DNA of 64,000 nucleotides, taken from contig CAZQQI010000005.1 of the NCBI GenBank assembly GCA_964595465.1, positions 9,562 to 73,561 on the forward strand, read 5' to 3'. The translations under genes and the position numbers were made by a program. Under the pieces are notes generated by a model. That model was not told the origin of the DNA, did not search any database, and saw nothing but the letters and a program-made list of their open reading frames with translations. This DNA is from an uncultured Planctomycetales bacterium. GTDB lineage: Bacteria; Omnitrophota; Gorgyraeia; Zapsychrales; JANLHA01. Positions 10,776 through 20,705 of this stretch are shown piece by piece. Position 1 is the stretch's first letter; each line of letters starts with the position of its first letter.

Positions 10776-13007
10776 ATGAAAAAAGTCTATCGGGATGAAA
10801 TTCAGGGTTTGATTATTTTTTCACTCGGGTTGATCCTCCTGGTCAGCCTGATCTCTTTTGTTCCCCAAGACCTTCCCTGGTACACATCTCAGCCCAATGT
10901 CCCGGCGCAGAACCTGGTTCGCGTGGTCGGCGCCTACCTGGCCGGAGGGTCTCTGTTTATTTTCGGCTACGGATCCTATGTTTTGGCTGTCTTTCTGCTG
11001 TTCTGGAGTTGGAACAAGTTTTCCGGCCGAGACATCGAATTTACTTTCCCCAAATTTTTATCGTCTCTGGTCCTTTTTTGTTCTGTTAGTACATTGCTGA
11101 GCATGATCGGTCCGCAGGCCGACGCTCTCCGCTTTGAACGGTCCGGTCTGGTGGGTTTTCTTTCGGCGGATTTTTTGATCCGCTATCTGGGATGGATCGG
11201 CGCCTTTATCATTCTGGCCACACTGTGTTCCCTGACTCTGGTCCTGACCGGCGAATTTCTGGTTTCTTTCTTTTTACTGAAAATGGGTGAGGTGTTCAAA
11301 GACCTCGCTGTCAGCCTGCAGGAACATATGGCGCAGTGGCGCGAGACTTTGGTCCGCCGCCGCAGTTCTGCTGCCAAATCCCGCCGGGTTCCGGTTTCCC
11401 GGCGCAAAGCTGCAGCAGCCCATGACGAGGAGGAAGAGGAAGAAGACGAAGAATATGAAGATGATGAGTATGAAGACGAGGAGTACGAAGAGGAGGACGA
11501 GGAAGAAGAACAGGAACCGGTTAAGCCGAATATCCGCATCGCCAATGTCGACGAAACGCCCCGTACGAAACCGGTCGAGCCCAAGGTCATCGGAGAATAT
11601 CATATGCCCCGGCTGGATCTGCTGGATGACGCGCCGGAATTCAATCCGGGGAAGGTCCAGAACGATCTGCAGAGCGGCGCCCAGACCCTGGAAAGCACCA
11701 TGAAGAGTTTTAACGTCAATGTCCGTGTGGCGGACATTGAACGGGGTCCGGTCATCACCCGTTATGAACTGGAACCGGCCCCGGGGGTCAAGGTCCACAA
11801 GATCACCAATTTATCCGATGATATCGCCCTGGCCATGAAGGTGGCGGCGGTTCGCATTGTGGCTCCGATCCCGGGGAAAAACCGTGTCGGTATCGAGGTC
11901 CCTAACAGTGCTAAGGCCGCAGTATTCTTAAAAGAGCTATTGGCGACGGACCGTTTTCAGCAGGCGAAATCTAAATTGACCCTGGCTTTGGGCAAGGATA
12001 TTTCCGGCAGTCCTTTGATCGCGGATCTGGCTGAAATGCCCCATTTGCTGATCGCCGGGACGACCGGATCGGGTAAGACGGTTTGTGTGAATACGATCAT
12101 TATGTCCATGCTCTATAACGCATCGCCCGATGAGCTGAAGTTCTTAATGGTCGACCCCAAGATGGTGGAGTTGACCCCGTATAACGATATCCCGCACATG
12201 CTCTGTCCGGCCGTGACCGATGCCAAAAAGGTCTCTTCGGCTTTGAACTGGGTGGTCAGTGAGATGGAGCACCGTTATCAGCTGCTGTCCAAAGAGCGTG
12301 TCCGCAATATCAAAAGCTACCGCGCCAAGGGACTGGAGATGCCCTACATTGTGGTCATCGTCGATGAGCTGGCGGACCTGATGCAGGTTTCGGCCAAGAC
12401 CATAGAGAGTGCCATTACCCGCCTGGCGCAGCTGTCGCGTGCGGTCGGGATCCATCTGATCCTGGCCACACAGCGTCCGTCTGTGGATGTGATCACCGGG
12501 GTCATTAAAGCCAATTTTCCGGCACGTGTTTCATTTAAAGTTGCCTCCAAGACCGATTCCCGTACTGTGCTGGACATGAACGGCGCTGAGACCCTGCTGG
12601 GTAAAGGAGATCTGCTCTTTATTCAGCCCGGCGACGCCAAGCCGACCCGCGGCCAGTGCAGTTTTGTCTCGGACCAGGAAGTCTTCCGTGTGATCGATTT
12701 TATTAAGCAGCAGCAGTCGCCGGATTATGATGAGACCATTTTACAGAAAAAAGGCGGAACAGCCGGAGGCGCGGACCAGAGCGATGAGCTTTATGACGAT
12801 GCTGTGAAGCTGGTGATCGAGACCAATCAGGCGTCGGTCTCGATCCTGCAGAGACGGATGCGTTTGGGCTATACCCGGGCTGCCCGGCTGATCGATATGA
12901 TGGAACAGAATGGAGTCGTCGGTCCGTATGTGGGAAGTAAGCCGCGTGATATTCTGGTGGACCGCGAACAGTGGCTGTTGGAAAATATGGAAGAACAGAG
13001 TGAATAA
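10776..13007 (+). CDS. ftsK: DNA translocase FtsK
   Basis: N-terminal TM segments, HLLIAGTTGSGKT, VDPKMVEL, ATQRPSVDVITG, gamma domain LQRRMRLGYTRAARLID. Confidence 0.97.
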   Translation: MKKVYRDEIQGLIIFSLGLILLVSLISFVPQDLPWYTSQPNVPAQNLVRVVGAYLAGGSLFIFGYGSYVLAVFLLFWSWNKFSGRDIEFTFPKFLSSLVLFCSVSTLLSMIGPQADALRFERSGLVGFLSADFLIRYLGWIGAFIILATLCSLTLVLTGEFLVSFFLLKMGEVFKDLAVSLQEHMAQWRETLVRRRSSAAKSRRVPVSRRKAAAAHDEEEEEEDEEYEDDEYEDEEYEEEDEEEEQEPVKPNIRIANVDETPRTKPVEPKVIGEYHMPRLDLLDDAPEFNPGKVQNDLQSGAQTLESTMKSFNVNVRVADIERGPVITRYELEPAPGVKVHKITNLSDDIALAMKVAAVRIVAPIPGKNRVGIEVPNSAKAAVFLKELLATDRFQQAKSKLTLALGKDISGSPLIADLAEMPHLLIAGTTGSGKTVCVNTIIMSMLYNASPDELKFLMVDPKMVELTPYNDIPHMLCPAVTDAKKVSSALNWVVSEMEHRYQLLSKERVRNIKSYRAKGLEMPYIVVIVDELADLMQVSAKTIESAITRLAQLSRAVGIHLILATQRPSVDVITGVIKANFPARVSFKVASKTDSRTVLDMNGAETLLGKGDLLFIQPGDAKPTRGQCSFVSDQEVFRVIDFIKQQQSPDYDETILQKKGGTAGGADQSDELYDDAVKLVIETNQASVSILQRRMRLGYTRAARLIDMMEQNGVVGPYVGSKPRDILVDREQWLLENMEEQSE

Positions 13008-13060
13008 TGTCTGCTGCGTCCGGGTGGCACCCCGGCCGCGCGATCAAAAGGATAATAGGC

Positions 13061-13933
13061 ATGCCTGATTATGACGGGACATCAAATAAGCCGGTGGGAG
13101 AGGTTCTGAAAGAGGCCCGCGAATCCAAAGGGATCAGCCTGACCACTGTTCATGAGATGACCAAGATCCCCATGGATGTGCTTAAGGCCATCGAGGAAGG
13201 TTACACGGTCCGCACCATTTCTCCATTTTATCTTAAAGGGTTTATCAAGATGTACGCCCAGTACTTGGAGATCAATGTCGATCATCTTCTGCAGAAAGAA
13301 CCCCGTGTGGTTCAAAGCGAGAAAAAAGAAACTCTGCCAAAGAAAAAACCTTTCGTAAAGAAATATGAGCGCGAGGTCAATGACGTCTTTTGGACCAAGC
13401 AGCGTCAGCGGCAGGCGGTGCAGATCGCTGCCGGGGTGATCGGCTTTTTGATCCTGGTCAAGATGGTGGGGTGCCTGATGCGGGGGGATCCGGACCAGCC
13501 GGCACGCGAGGCCGGACGGCAGACCCGAACAGCCTCGATGGTCCGGCCGGATGTTGAGCAGCCGAAGCCTTTGCCGAAACCAAAACCCAAGCCCCGCCCC
13601 GGACAGCAGGCGGAAACACGATCCACGGAAAACGCGCCAGCCGCTAAGCCTCAGCAGGAAAAGAAAACGGTCGAAGGCGTCAATCTGACCATCCGGGCGA
13701 AACGGCGGGGTTGGCTTCAGGTTAAGGTTGACGGCGTGGTTGTCCTTGAGACCACTGTCGAGGAGGGCGCTGTGGAGGCCTGGCATGCTGATGAGTCTAT
13801 TGTGATCTCCGGCAAAACTATTCATGCTTTGGAATATGAACTCAACGGCCGCCATCTGGGTTCTCTGGGGCGCGCTGACCGCTCGGCCCGCCGGGTCGTG
13901 GTCACCGAGGACGGCCTGCAGGTTAAGGATTAG
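13061..13933 (+). CDS. rodZ: RodZ-like HTH-TM-DUF4115 protein
   Basis: GEVLKEARESKG..KAIEEG..YLKGFIKMYAQYL, one TM segment, Pro-rich linker; lies between ftsK and rimO. Confidence 0.8.
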   Translation: MPDYDGTSNKPVGEVLKEARESKGISLTTVHEMTKIPMDVLKAIEEGYTVRTISPFYLKGFIKMYAQYLEINVDHLLQKEPRVVQSEKKETLPKKKPFVKKYEREVNDVFWTKQRQRQAVQIAAGVIGFLILVKMVGCLMRGDPDQPAREAGRQTRTASMVRPDVEQPKPLPKPKPKPRPGQQAETRSTENAPAAKPQQEKKTVEGVNLTIRAKRRGWLQVKVDGVVVLETTVEEGAVEAWHADESIVISGKTIHALEYELNGRHLGSLGRADRSARRVVVTEDGLQVKD

Positions 13934-14023
13934 GGGCTCTGATTTTTGGGTGCCAGTCCCGGCATGGTCCATGGTGATAAACCATGGGCTGTTTTGTTAA
14001 GGGCCAGCCAGGGATTTGGAAGG

Positions 14024-14204
14024 TGTGTTGACAATGTATCGATCATATTGTTTTTTTCGGAGCGTTCGTTCTGCCCCGGCGAGGCAGAACCTCACTCAAC
14101 GAAAATCCTTCGCTCTCATCACCCTGATGCGTGATGATCCATGCCCGCTGCGGATTTTCGAAGTCCTCTAAAATACAATATGATCTCTCATAATTGTCAA
14201 CACA
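14024..14204. mobile_element. MITE-like element with ~35-bp imperfect terminal inverted repeats
   Basis: TGTGTTGACAAT..GATCATATTGT at left and ACAATATGATC..ATTGTCAACACA at right; internal hairpins GTTCTGCC/GGCAGAAC and CGAAAATCC/GGATTTTCG. Confidence 0.65.
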
Positions 14205-14267
14205 TTCAGCATGCCGTTCGAACGGAATCGGTTGCGGTTTTATGGATATCTTTTATGGGTCGCTGTT

Positions 14268-15524
14268 ATGTCAAAAATTTGCTTGATCAATTTAGGCTGT
14301 GTGCGCAATCTCTCTGATGCTGAGACGATTTTGGGACGATTTCGTCAGGGCGGCCATGTGATCGTTCCTCTGGATGAGGCCGAAACCCTGATCATCAATA
14401 CCTGCGGATTTATTGAAGATGCTAAGCAGGAGTCGGTCGACGCTATTCTGGAGGCTGTTGAACTGAAAAAGGAAGGAAAGGTCCGAAACATTGTTGTGGC
14501 CGGATGCCTCAGCCAGCGCTATGCTGATGACCTGCGCGGAGAGTTTCCGGAAGTGGACGCGTTTATTGGTGTTCAGCAGTTGGTCCGCGACGCGGCTCTG
14601 CCTCAGTTCCGTTTGACCCCGGAGCACATGGCCTACCTTAAGATTTGTGAGAGCTGTTTTAATCATTGCGCGTTTTGCGCGATCCCCCGGATCAAGGGGA
14701 AATTTGCCTCGCGCGGACGGGAGGCGGTTCTGCGTGAAGCTGCAGACGCGGATCAGCAGGGGGTTAAGGAGCTGAATATTATCGGCCAGGATACCACGGC
14801 TTACGGGCTGGATCTTTACCGGGAAAAGGCTCTGGCCGGATTGCTCAAGGATATTTCCGGCACGGTGAAGAATATCCGCTGGCTCCGCCTGCTGTATACA
14901 TTTCCCCGCCATATCACTGACGATCTGCTGGATGTCATGGCCGGTGAAGAGCGGATCTGCCGGTACCTGGATGTGCCGTTACAGCATGTGAGCGGCCGTA
15001 TTTTAAAAAATATGAACCGTCAGATGACCGCTGAACAGACCCGGTCTTTGATCACCCGGGTTCGTGATAAGATCCCTCAGGTGCGGATTCGCACGGCGTT
15101 TATCACCGGTCTGCCTGGTGAGACAGAAGAGGATTTTGACGAGCTGGTGGATTTTGTCCGCTGGGCCCGCATAGACCGGGTCGGTGTGTTCGCCTATTCT
15201 GCGGAAGAAGGCACGCCGGCGTTCGCCATGCCGGACCAGGTCCCTCAGGATATCCGTGAACAGCGGCGGGACCGGCTGATGGCTGTTCAGCAGGAGATCG
15301 CTTTGGAACTGAATCAGGGCATGATCGGCCGTGAGCTGGAGGTTTTGATAGAGGGGTATGATGCGGACCGGTCTGTGGCCTACGGCCGCAGTGAATATGA
15401 CGCGCCGGATGTCGATGGTCTGGTGTATGTCCGCGGCGGACAGGAATGCCGCCCCGGTGATATGATCAAGGTCCGGATTTCTGAGGCCCTTGAATATGAT
15501 CTGATCGGAGAAAAACATGAATAA
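14268..15524 (+). CDS. rimO: Ribosomal protein S12 methylthiotransferase
   Basis: LGCVRN, INTCGFIEDAKQES, CxxxCxxC (CFNHCAFC), DAPDVDG TRAM domain. Confidence 0.95.
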   Translation: MSKICLINLGCVRNLSDAETILGRFRQGGHVIVPLDEAETLIINTCGFIEDAKQESVDAILEAVELKKEGKVRNIVVAGCLSQRYADDLRGEFPEVDAFIGVQQLVRDAALPQFRLTPEHMAYLKICESCFNHCAFCAIPRIKGKFASRGREAVLREAADADQQGVKELNIIGQDTTAYGLDLYREKALAGLLKDISGTVKNIRWLRLLYTFPRHITDDLLDVMAGEERICRYLDVPLQHVSGRILKNMNRQMTAEQTRSLITRVRDKIPQVRIRTAFITGLPGETEEDFDELVDFVRWARIDRVGVFAYSAEEGTPAFAMPDQVPQDIREQRRDRLMAVQQEIALELNQGMIGRELEVLIEGYDADRSVAYGRSEYDAPDVDGLVYVRGGQECRPGDMIKVRISEALEYDLIGEKHE

Positions 15525-16098
15525 GCATATTCCCAATATTCTGACCGGAGCAAGGATCCTGATGGCCGCGGTGTTTCTGCTGCTGTTCCGGGATTTTATT
15601 GTGTGGGCGTTCGCGGTCTTTCTGCTGGCGTCTGTGACGGATTATTGGGACGGATATCTGGCCCGCCGGTTTCAGCTGGTCAGTAATTTTGGTAAGATCA
15701 TGGATCCCATCGCCGACAAAATGCTGATCTTTGCCGCGTTCGGCTGGCTGGCTGCGATCGGGCTGGCGGCCTGGTGGATCTTTTGGGTTATTGTTGTCCG
15801 TGAGACGGCTGTGACTGTGTTCCGTTTCTGGGCAAAGTCCAGAGGAAGGGTAGTGGCCGCGGCTTCCGCCGGAAAGATCAAGACGGTCCTGCAGATCATG
15901 ACCGTGATCGTGATGATGCTGTTTCTGATCGTGTCCGAGTATAACGGATGGCAATATATCGGCGGGGCTCCGGCCGCGGACGCGGGGTATGCGATTATTC
16001 AGGTTTTGTTGATCTTGACCGTACTCCTTACGGTCTATTCCGGGCTGGATGTGTTTTGGACAAACCGTGCATTATGGAAAGGACATTCTCATGGATAA
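15517..16098 (+). CDS. pgsA: CDP-diacylglycerol-glycerol-3-phosphate phosphatidyltransferase
   Basis: PNILT..R, TDYWDGYLARR..FGKIMDPIADK, GKIKTVLQ. Confidence 0.95.
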   Translation: MNKHIPNILTGARILMAAVFLLLFRDFIVWAFAVFLLASVTDYWDGYLARRFQLVSNFGKIMDPIADKMLIFAAFGWLAAIGLAAWWIFWVIVVRETAVTVFRFWAKSRGRVVAAASAGKIKTVLQIMTVIVMMLFLIVSEYNGWQYIGGAPAADAGYAIIQVLLILTVLLTVYSGLDVFWTNRALWKGHSHG

Positions 16099-16540
16099 AC
16101 GCTGGGCAGAACGCTGGGCAACTTTTTTTCATATCGGAAATTTTCCTGTCGGGCCGGGCACCGCGGCGAGTTTTGTCGGGGCCCTGCTGGCGGTCGCGCT
16201 TTCCGGCGCGCCGGTGCTATATGTGCTGACTTTTTTCATTGTGGTGTGGATGGGCTACCGTTCCAGCGGTGTGATGGAAGAGATCACTGGAGAAAAAGAT
16301 CCGGGCCGTGTGGTGATCGATGAGGTCGCCGGGATCATGATCGCATTTTTCCTTCTGCCTGTCAGCTGGCCGGTTTTCTGGACCGCGTTTTTCCTGTTTC
16401 GCGCCTTTGATATGTTCAAGATCTATCCCGGCAAAGTCTTTGAGCTGAAAGGCGGCGCGCACGGGATCATGATGGACGATATTATTGCGGGGATTTATAC
16501 CAATGTGATCATGCATATTGTCTTGTGGATGGTGGGATAA
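16091..16540 (+). CDS. pgpA: Phosphatidylglycerophosphatase A
   Basis: PGTAAS, DPGRVVIDEVAG, FRAFDMFK, GIMMDDIIAG. Confidence 0.93.
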   Translation: MDKRWAERWATFFHIGNFPVGPGTAASFVGALLAVALSGAPVLYVLTFFIVVWMGYRSSGVMEEITGEKDPGRVVIDEVAGIMIAFFLLPVSWPVFWTAFFLFRAFDMFKIYPGKVFELKGGAHGIMMDDIIAGIYTNVIMHIVLWMVG

Positions 16541-16554
16541 GAAAGGAGATGCTT

Positions 16555-17333
16555 ATGTTCCGAACGAGTAATCCAGCGTTGAGGTAGGACGCCTGGCAGG
16601 ACGCGTCTTATGCCCAGGATGGGGTCATGACCCTGCAGGGGACTGTGAACAAGGGGGGATCGCTTTGCTGGCACTGGTGTTATTGTCGGCCTCCTGGATC
16701 TGGGGAAAGGTCTTGCCGGCGATGAGTCAGCCGCAGTGGGGTTCGCCGCAGGCGTCAAGCCTGCCGGGGAATATCGGGGCCTATATGACTGGCGGAGCCA
16801 TTGTGGGGTTTATATTGGCCATGGTAACAATCTTCAAAAAACAATGGTCCGGAGTCACGGCTCCTTTGTATGCTCTTTGCCAAGGTCTTTTTTTAGGCGG
16901 GATTTCAGCGGTCTTTGAGGCTCAGTATCCCGGCATCGTAATGCAGGCGGTAGCGTTAACCTTCGGCACAGCCTTCTGCATGTTCCTGGTTTATAAGTCC
17001 GGACTGGTTAAGGTCAATCAGAAATTCATTATGGGTATTGCGGCGGCTACCGGCGCGATCTTTCTGGTGTATATGGTCAGCTTTATTGTGAGTTTTTTTG
17101 GCCGGGGACTGCCGTTTATCCAGAGCGCGGGGCCGATCGGTATCGGGTTCAGTCTGCTGGTCTGCGGGATCGCGGCGCTGAATCTGATCCTGGATTTTTG
17201 GGTAATCGAGCAGGGGGCCCGGCAGGGCGCGCCGAAATATATGGAATGGTACGGGGCGTTCGCCTTAATGGTGACTTTGATCTGGCTGTATCTGGAGATC
17301 CTGCGGCTGTTGTCAAAGATGAATAGAAGATAG
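16555..17333 (+). pseudogene. Bax inhibitor-1/YccA-family membrane protein with an in-frame TAG and a frameshift
   Basis: SD AAAGGAG then MFRTSNPALR*(TAG 16585-87)..MTLQGTVNK; frame change at the G6 tract 16653-58; C-terminus APKYMEWYGAFALMVTLIWLYLEILRLL. Confidence 0.8.
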
Positions 17334-17340
17334 CGTTTTT

Positions 17341-17477
17341 ATGATCGATCCAGAGGTGATGACAATTCGCATTGCTCATGCAGCCTCGCTGCGCAGTTTT
17401 TTCTAAATAATATTTCGGTAAACTGTTTTGCTTCGGAACGCGCTTGCTGAATGAACATCACTCTGGATCCCTGTCAT
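17341..17477. repeat. Structured dispersed repeat, copy A
   Basis: Outer stem GATCCAGAGGTGATG/CATCACTCTGGATC; core close in sequence to 25880-25972. Confidence 0.85.
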
Positions 17478-17478
17478 T

Positions 17479-17505
17479 GCGGCCTGTTATTCAGGCCGCT
17501 TTTTT
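17479..17505 (+). terminator. Intrinsic terminator between convergent genes
   Basis: GCGGCCTG-ttatt-CAGGCCGC followed by a T run. Confidence 0.75.
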
Positions 17506-18085
17506 ATGGCTGGGTGAGTTCAGCAGAGGAAAGGGGGCTGTAGACCGCCCCATCGGCCGTGAGGGTGCTCTGATAAAAGACGACATATTTGACCGGCACC
17601 GTCAGCGGGGGGAGGGAAATGTCGTTGAGAACTGCTCGAACAGAGACGGACTCGGACGGTGTTTTGCAACGGCCCAGGGTCAGATGCGGGGCGAAGGGGC
17701 GCCGCTCTTTAGGGATACCGCCGCGGGCCAGTCCGTTATTCAGGGTGTTAAAGAGTTCATTCAGCGGATCTGATGACTGCGAGCTTCCCACCCAGAGGAC
17801 GCGGGCGTTGTCCGGTGACGGGAAAGCACCCAGCTTGTCAAAGGTTAGAGAAAGGGCGGGGAGGCCTTTCAGAATAACGGGGAGGTCCCGGCGGATTTGT
17901 TTGACACGCTTGGCTGAGCGGTCGCCGAGAAAACGCAGTGTCAGATGGATCGTGCCGGGTTTGACCGGACGGAAAAGGACGCCGCGCGAAAAAAGGGTCT
18001 GCTGAAATTCAGCAAGCGCTGTTTGAACGTCAGCGGGAAGAGGGACGGCGATAAAACAGCGGATCGTGTGATGACGGGTGCTCAT
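17504..18085 (-). CDS. thpR: RNA 2',3'-cyclic phosphodiesterase (2H family)
   Basis: RCFIAV, HLTLRFLG, RVLWVG, FAPHLTLGR, STLTADGAVY. Confidence 0.93.
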   Translation of the reverse strand: MSTRHHTIRCFIAVPLPADVQTALAEFQQTLFSRGVLFRPVKPGTIHLTLRFLGDRSAKRVKQIRRDLPVILKGLPALSLTFDKLGAFPSPDNARVLWVGSSQSSDPLNELFNTLNNGLARGGIPKERRPFAPHLTLGRCKTPSESVSVRAVLNDISLPPLTVPVKYVVFYQSTLTADGAVYSPLSSAELTQP

Positions 18086-18088
18086 GGG

Positions 18089-18553
18089 TCAGACCAGAAA
18101 TTCCAGCAGGGCTTCCAGGGTATATTCTGTGGCCTGGCGGCGGATCTGTTCCCGGGTGCCTTTAAATTCAAAATGCAGGCAGAATGTCTCGAGTTCGGTA
18201 TTGAACGCGACGAATACGGTGCCAATGGGTTTATGTTTGCTCCCCCCGGTGGGACCGGCGATGCCGGTAATGCCGATGCCGTAATGAGAATTGTGGATTT
18301 CGCGGACCCGGCGGGCCATAGCCACGGCCACGTCTTCGGACACCGCGCCTTTTCGATTGATAATATCTTCGGGCACACCCAGGACACGGGATTTGGCCGC
18401 GTTGCTGTAGGTCACCACCCCGCCGGCGAAGATCTGGGATGAGCCTGAGACATCGGTAATCCGTTCAGCCAGCATGCCGCCGGTGCAGGATTCAGCGGTA
18501 GCTAAGGTCAGTTTTTTCTGGCAGAATGTTTCTAAGAGGATTTTTTCAATCAT
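18089..18553 (-). CDS. cinA: CinA C-terminal domain / NMN deamidase PncC
   Basis: ATAESCTGG, GSS, GAVSE, ITGIAGPTGG. Confidence 0.92.
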   Translation of the reverse strand: MIEKILLETFCQKKLTLATAESCTGGMLAERITDVSGSSQIFAGGVVTYSNAAKSRVLGVPEDIINRKGAVSEDVAVAMARRVREIHNSHYGIGITGIAGPTGGSKHKPIGTVFVAFNTELETFCLHFEFKGTREQIRRQATEYTLEALLEFLV

Positions 18554-18674
18554 AGTAATGACATTATAACGGAAAACGTCTGCTGTGTGAAGCGGTTGCT
18601 TGATGCGCTGTCCCGGCCGGTCTGCGCTTTCAGCCTGCTGGTTTTGTTTAAGCAGACTTTACTCATTGCGGCGC

Positions 18675-18703
18675 TTGACTTTTTGGTCCTGATAATCTAT
18701 ATT
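18675..18703 (+). promoter_or_regulatory. Sigma70 promoter of the rib operon
   Basis: TTGACT-N17-TATATT just upstream of the riboswitch. Confidence 0.65.
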
Positions 18704-18712
18704 AATGAACAA

Positions 18713-18858
18713 TACTTTCGGGATCGGGTGCAATTCCCGGCTGGTAGTGACCCGGGGTCCATAAGATCCAGGGAAGCCTGCGAGCCTCTCCGGTATACGG
18801 CGGGGCTGATCAAGTGAAAATCTTGAGCCAATAGTGAGAGCCTAGATGGGAGAAAGTA
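18713..18858 (+). promoter_or_regulatory. FMN riboswitch (RFN element)
   Basis: P1 TACTTTC/GAAAGTA, GGGTGCAATTCCC T-loop, AAGCCTGCGAG, GTGAAAATC, GATGGGAGAA; upstream of ribBA. Confidence 0.92.
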
Positions 18859-18917
18859 GCCGACAAAATGTTTAACCGTGTCCGCGCTGTGGCGGACCGG
18901 GTCTGGCTAGAGTCTTC

Positions 18918-18948
18918 TCCTCCGAAAGTGTGTCGGAGGATTTTTTTT
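18918..18948 (+). terminator. Riboswitch expression-platform terminator
   Basis: TCCTCCGA..TCGGAGGA followed by T8, between the aptamer and ribBA. Confidence 0.8.
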
Positions 18949-18991
18949 GGATCAAACCAGCTATTAACAGTAACGAAAAAGAGAGACCAAC

Positions 18992-20209
18992 ATGTTCAGT
19001 CCCATCGAAGAGATTCTGGAAGAGTTGAAACAAGGCCGCATGATCGTTGTTATGGATGACGAAGGCCGTGAGAATGAAGGCGACCTGCTGATCGCTGCCG
19101 AACACGTCACACCTGATTCTATCAATTTTATGGCCCGTTACGCGCGGGGCTTGATCTGTGTGCCGATGGAGGCTGACCGCCTGAATGATCTGGGACTGCA
19201 TCCCATGAAAGATAACATTTTAAGTCATCAGCAGCATTGCATGAGCAACACCGGCTGGGCGATCTCTGTGGATGCGGCAAAAGGCATTACCACCGGCATC
19301 TCTGCGTATGACCGGTATTATACCGTTAAGGTCCTGATCGACGAAAAGACCCGTCCGAGTGATCTGGAAACCCCGGGACATCTGTTTCCTTTACAGGCCC
19401 GCCGCGGCGGAACTCTGGTCCGTGCGGGACATACCGAGGCTTCGGTCGATCTGATGAAGGCCGCCGGGTTATATCCCGCCGGTGTGATCTGTGAGATTAT
19501 GAATGACGACGGAACGATGGCGCGTACCGATGATGTTCAGACATTCGCCAAGACCCATAATCTTAAGATCTGTTCAATCGCCTCGCTGATCGAATACCGC
19601 CGTAAGAACGAGCATATGGTCCGCCGGGTGGTTGAAGTCAATATCCCGACCGAGTTCGGGGATTTCACCATGCTCGGTTATGAGACCAATCTCGATGACA
19701 TGATTCATCTGGCCCTGGTCAAGGGCGATGTTGATACCACGGTTCCGGAATTGGTCCGTGTTCAGTCCGAATGTCTGACCGGTGATGTGTTCGGGTCTCT
19801 GCGCTGTGACTGCCGGCATCAGCTTGAAGCTTCAATGAAGACGATCAGTGACGAAGGCCGTGGAGTTCTGCTGTACATGCGTCAGGAAGGCCGGGGGATC
19901 GGTCTGTTGAACAAGCTTAAGGCCTACACCCTGCAGGATGACGGCATGGACACCGTTGAGGCCAATGAGGCTTTAGGATTCGGCGCGGATTTAAGAGATT
20001 ACGGCATCGGCGCGCAGATTTTGGCGGATCTCGGCGTCAAGCAGATCCGTTTGCTGACCAATAATCCGCGCAAGATCGTAGGCCTGGAGGGTTACGGCCT
20101 GGAGATTTCCGAGAGGGTTCCTCTGCATGTTGAACCGACCACGCATAATCAGAACTACCTGCAGACCAAGAAAGAAAAACTGGGCCATCTGCTGGATTTT
20201 TTAAAATAA
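18992..20209 (+). CDS. ribBA: DHBP synthase/GTP cyclohydrolase II
   Basis: [47 protein letters not shown]. Confidence 0.97.
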   Translation: MFSPIEEILEELKQGRMIVVMDDEGRENEGDLLIAAEHVTPDSINFMARYARGLICVPMEADRLNDLGLHPMKDNILSHQQHCMSNTGWAISVDAAKGITTGISAYDRYYTVKVLIDEKTRPSDLETPGHLFPLQARRGGTLVRAGHTEASVDLMKAAGLYPAGVICEIMNDDGTMARTDDVQTFAKTHNLKICSIASLIEYRRKNEHMVRRVVEVNIPTEFGDFTMLGYETNLDDMIHLALVKGDVDTTVPELVRVQSECLTGDVFGSLRCDCRHQLEASMKTISDEGRGVLLYMRQEGRGIGLLNKLKAYTLQDDGMDTVEANEALGFGADLRDYGIGAQILADLGVKQIRLLTNNPRKIVGLEGYGLEISERVPLHVEPTTHNQNYLQTKKEKLGHLLDFLK

Positions 20210-20227
20210 ATTTGTTTGGAGACGGTT

Positions 20228-20683
20228 ATGGTCAAGCAGCAGACAACAGGGCAGTCCGCGGGCACCTACGTGATCGCGGTCTCCCGGTTTAATGAGTTTA
20301 TTACCCGCCGCCTGCTCGACGGCTGTGTGGCGGAGCTGAGCAAAAAACGGATTCCCAAAAAAAATATTAAAGTGGTCTGGGTCCCCGGCGCCTTTGAACT
20401 GCCGCAGACGGCTCAGCACTGGGCGCGCAAGCGTTCGGTCGCTGCGGTGATCGCCATCGGCTGTGTGATTCGGGGAGAGACCTATCATTTTGAACTTGTC
20501 GCCGAAAACACGGCGCGCGGATTGATGCGTGTCGGCCTGGATACCCGCAAGCCGGTCATTTTCGGCGTGATCACCACCGAGACCGTGGAGCAGGCCTACA
20601 AGCGTTCTGGAGACGGGGACGAACATAAGGGGCAGGAGGCAGCCCAGGCGGCGCTGGACATGGTCCGCGTCCTTAGCGCTTAG
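20228..20683 (+). CDS. ribH: 6,7-dimethyl-8-ribityllumazine synthase
   Basis: SRFNEFIT, VPGAFELP, VIRGETYHFE, PVIFGVIT. Confidence 0.95.
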   Translation: MVKQQTTGQSAGTYVIAVSRFNEFITRRLLDGCVAELSKKRIPKKNIKVVWVPGAFELPQTAQHWARKRSVAAVIAIGCVIRGETYHFELVAENTARGLMRVGLDTRKPVIFGVITTETVEQAYKRSGDGDEHKGQEAAQAALDMVRVLSA

Positions 20684-20705
20684 CAAATTATCAGGAGACT
20701 CGATC

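Noticed and set aside
13082-13972. Long antisense ORFs (e.g. 296 aa opposite rodZ, 293 aa at 54157-55038, 286 aa at 38926-39786)
   Set aside because: These are shadow frames of well-supported genes in GC-rich DNA, with no recognisable motifs.
14116-14140. CTGATG as a hammerhead ribozyme core
   Set aside because: It reads CTGATGC rather than CUGAUGA, and there is no correctly placed GAAA/cleavage-site geometry.
16585-16587. TAG as genome-wide stop-codon reassignment or pyrrolysine
   Set aside because: TAG terminates other genes normally (lpxI, ribH, mraZ, ftsW, murC), there are no pyl genes in the window, and a frameshift follows in the same gene.
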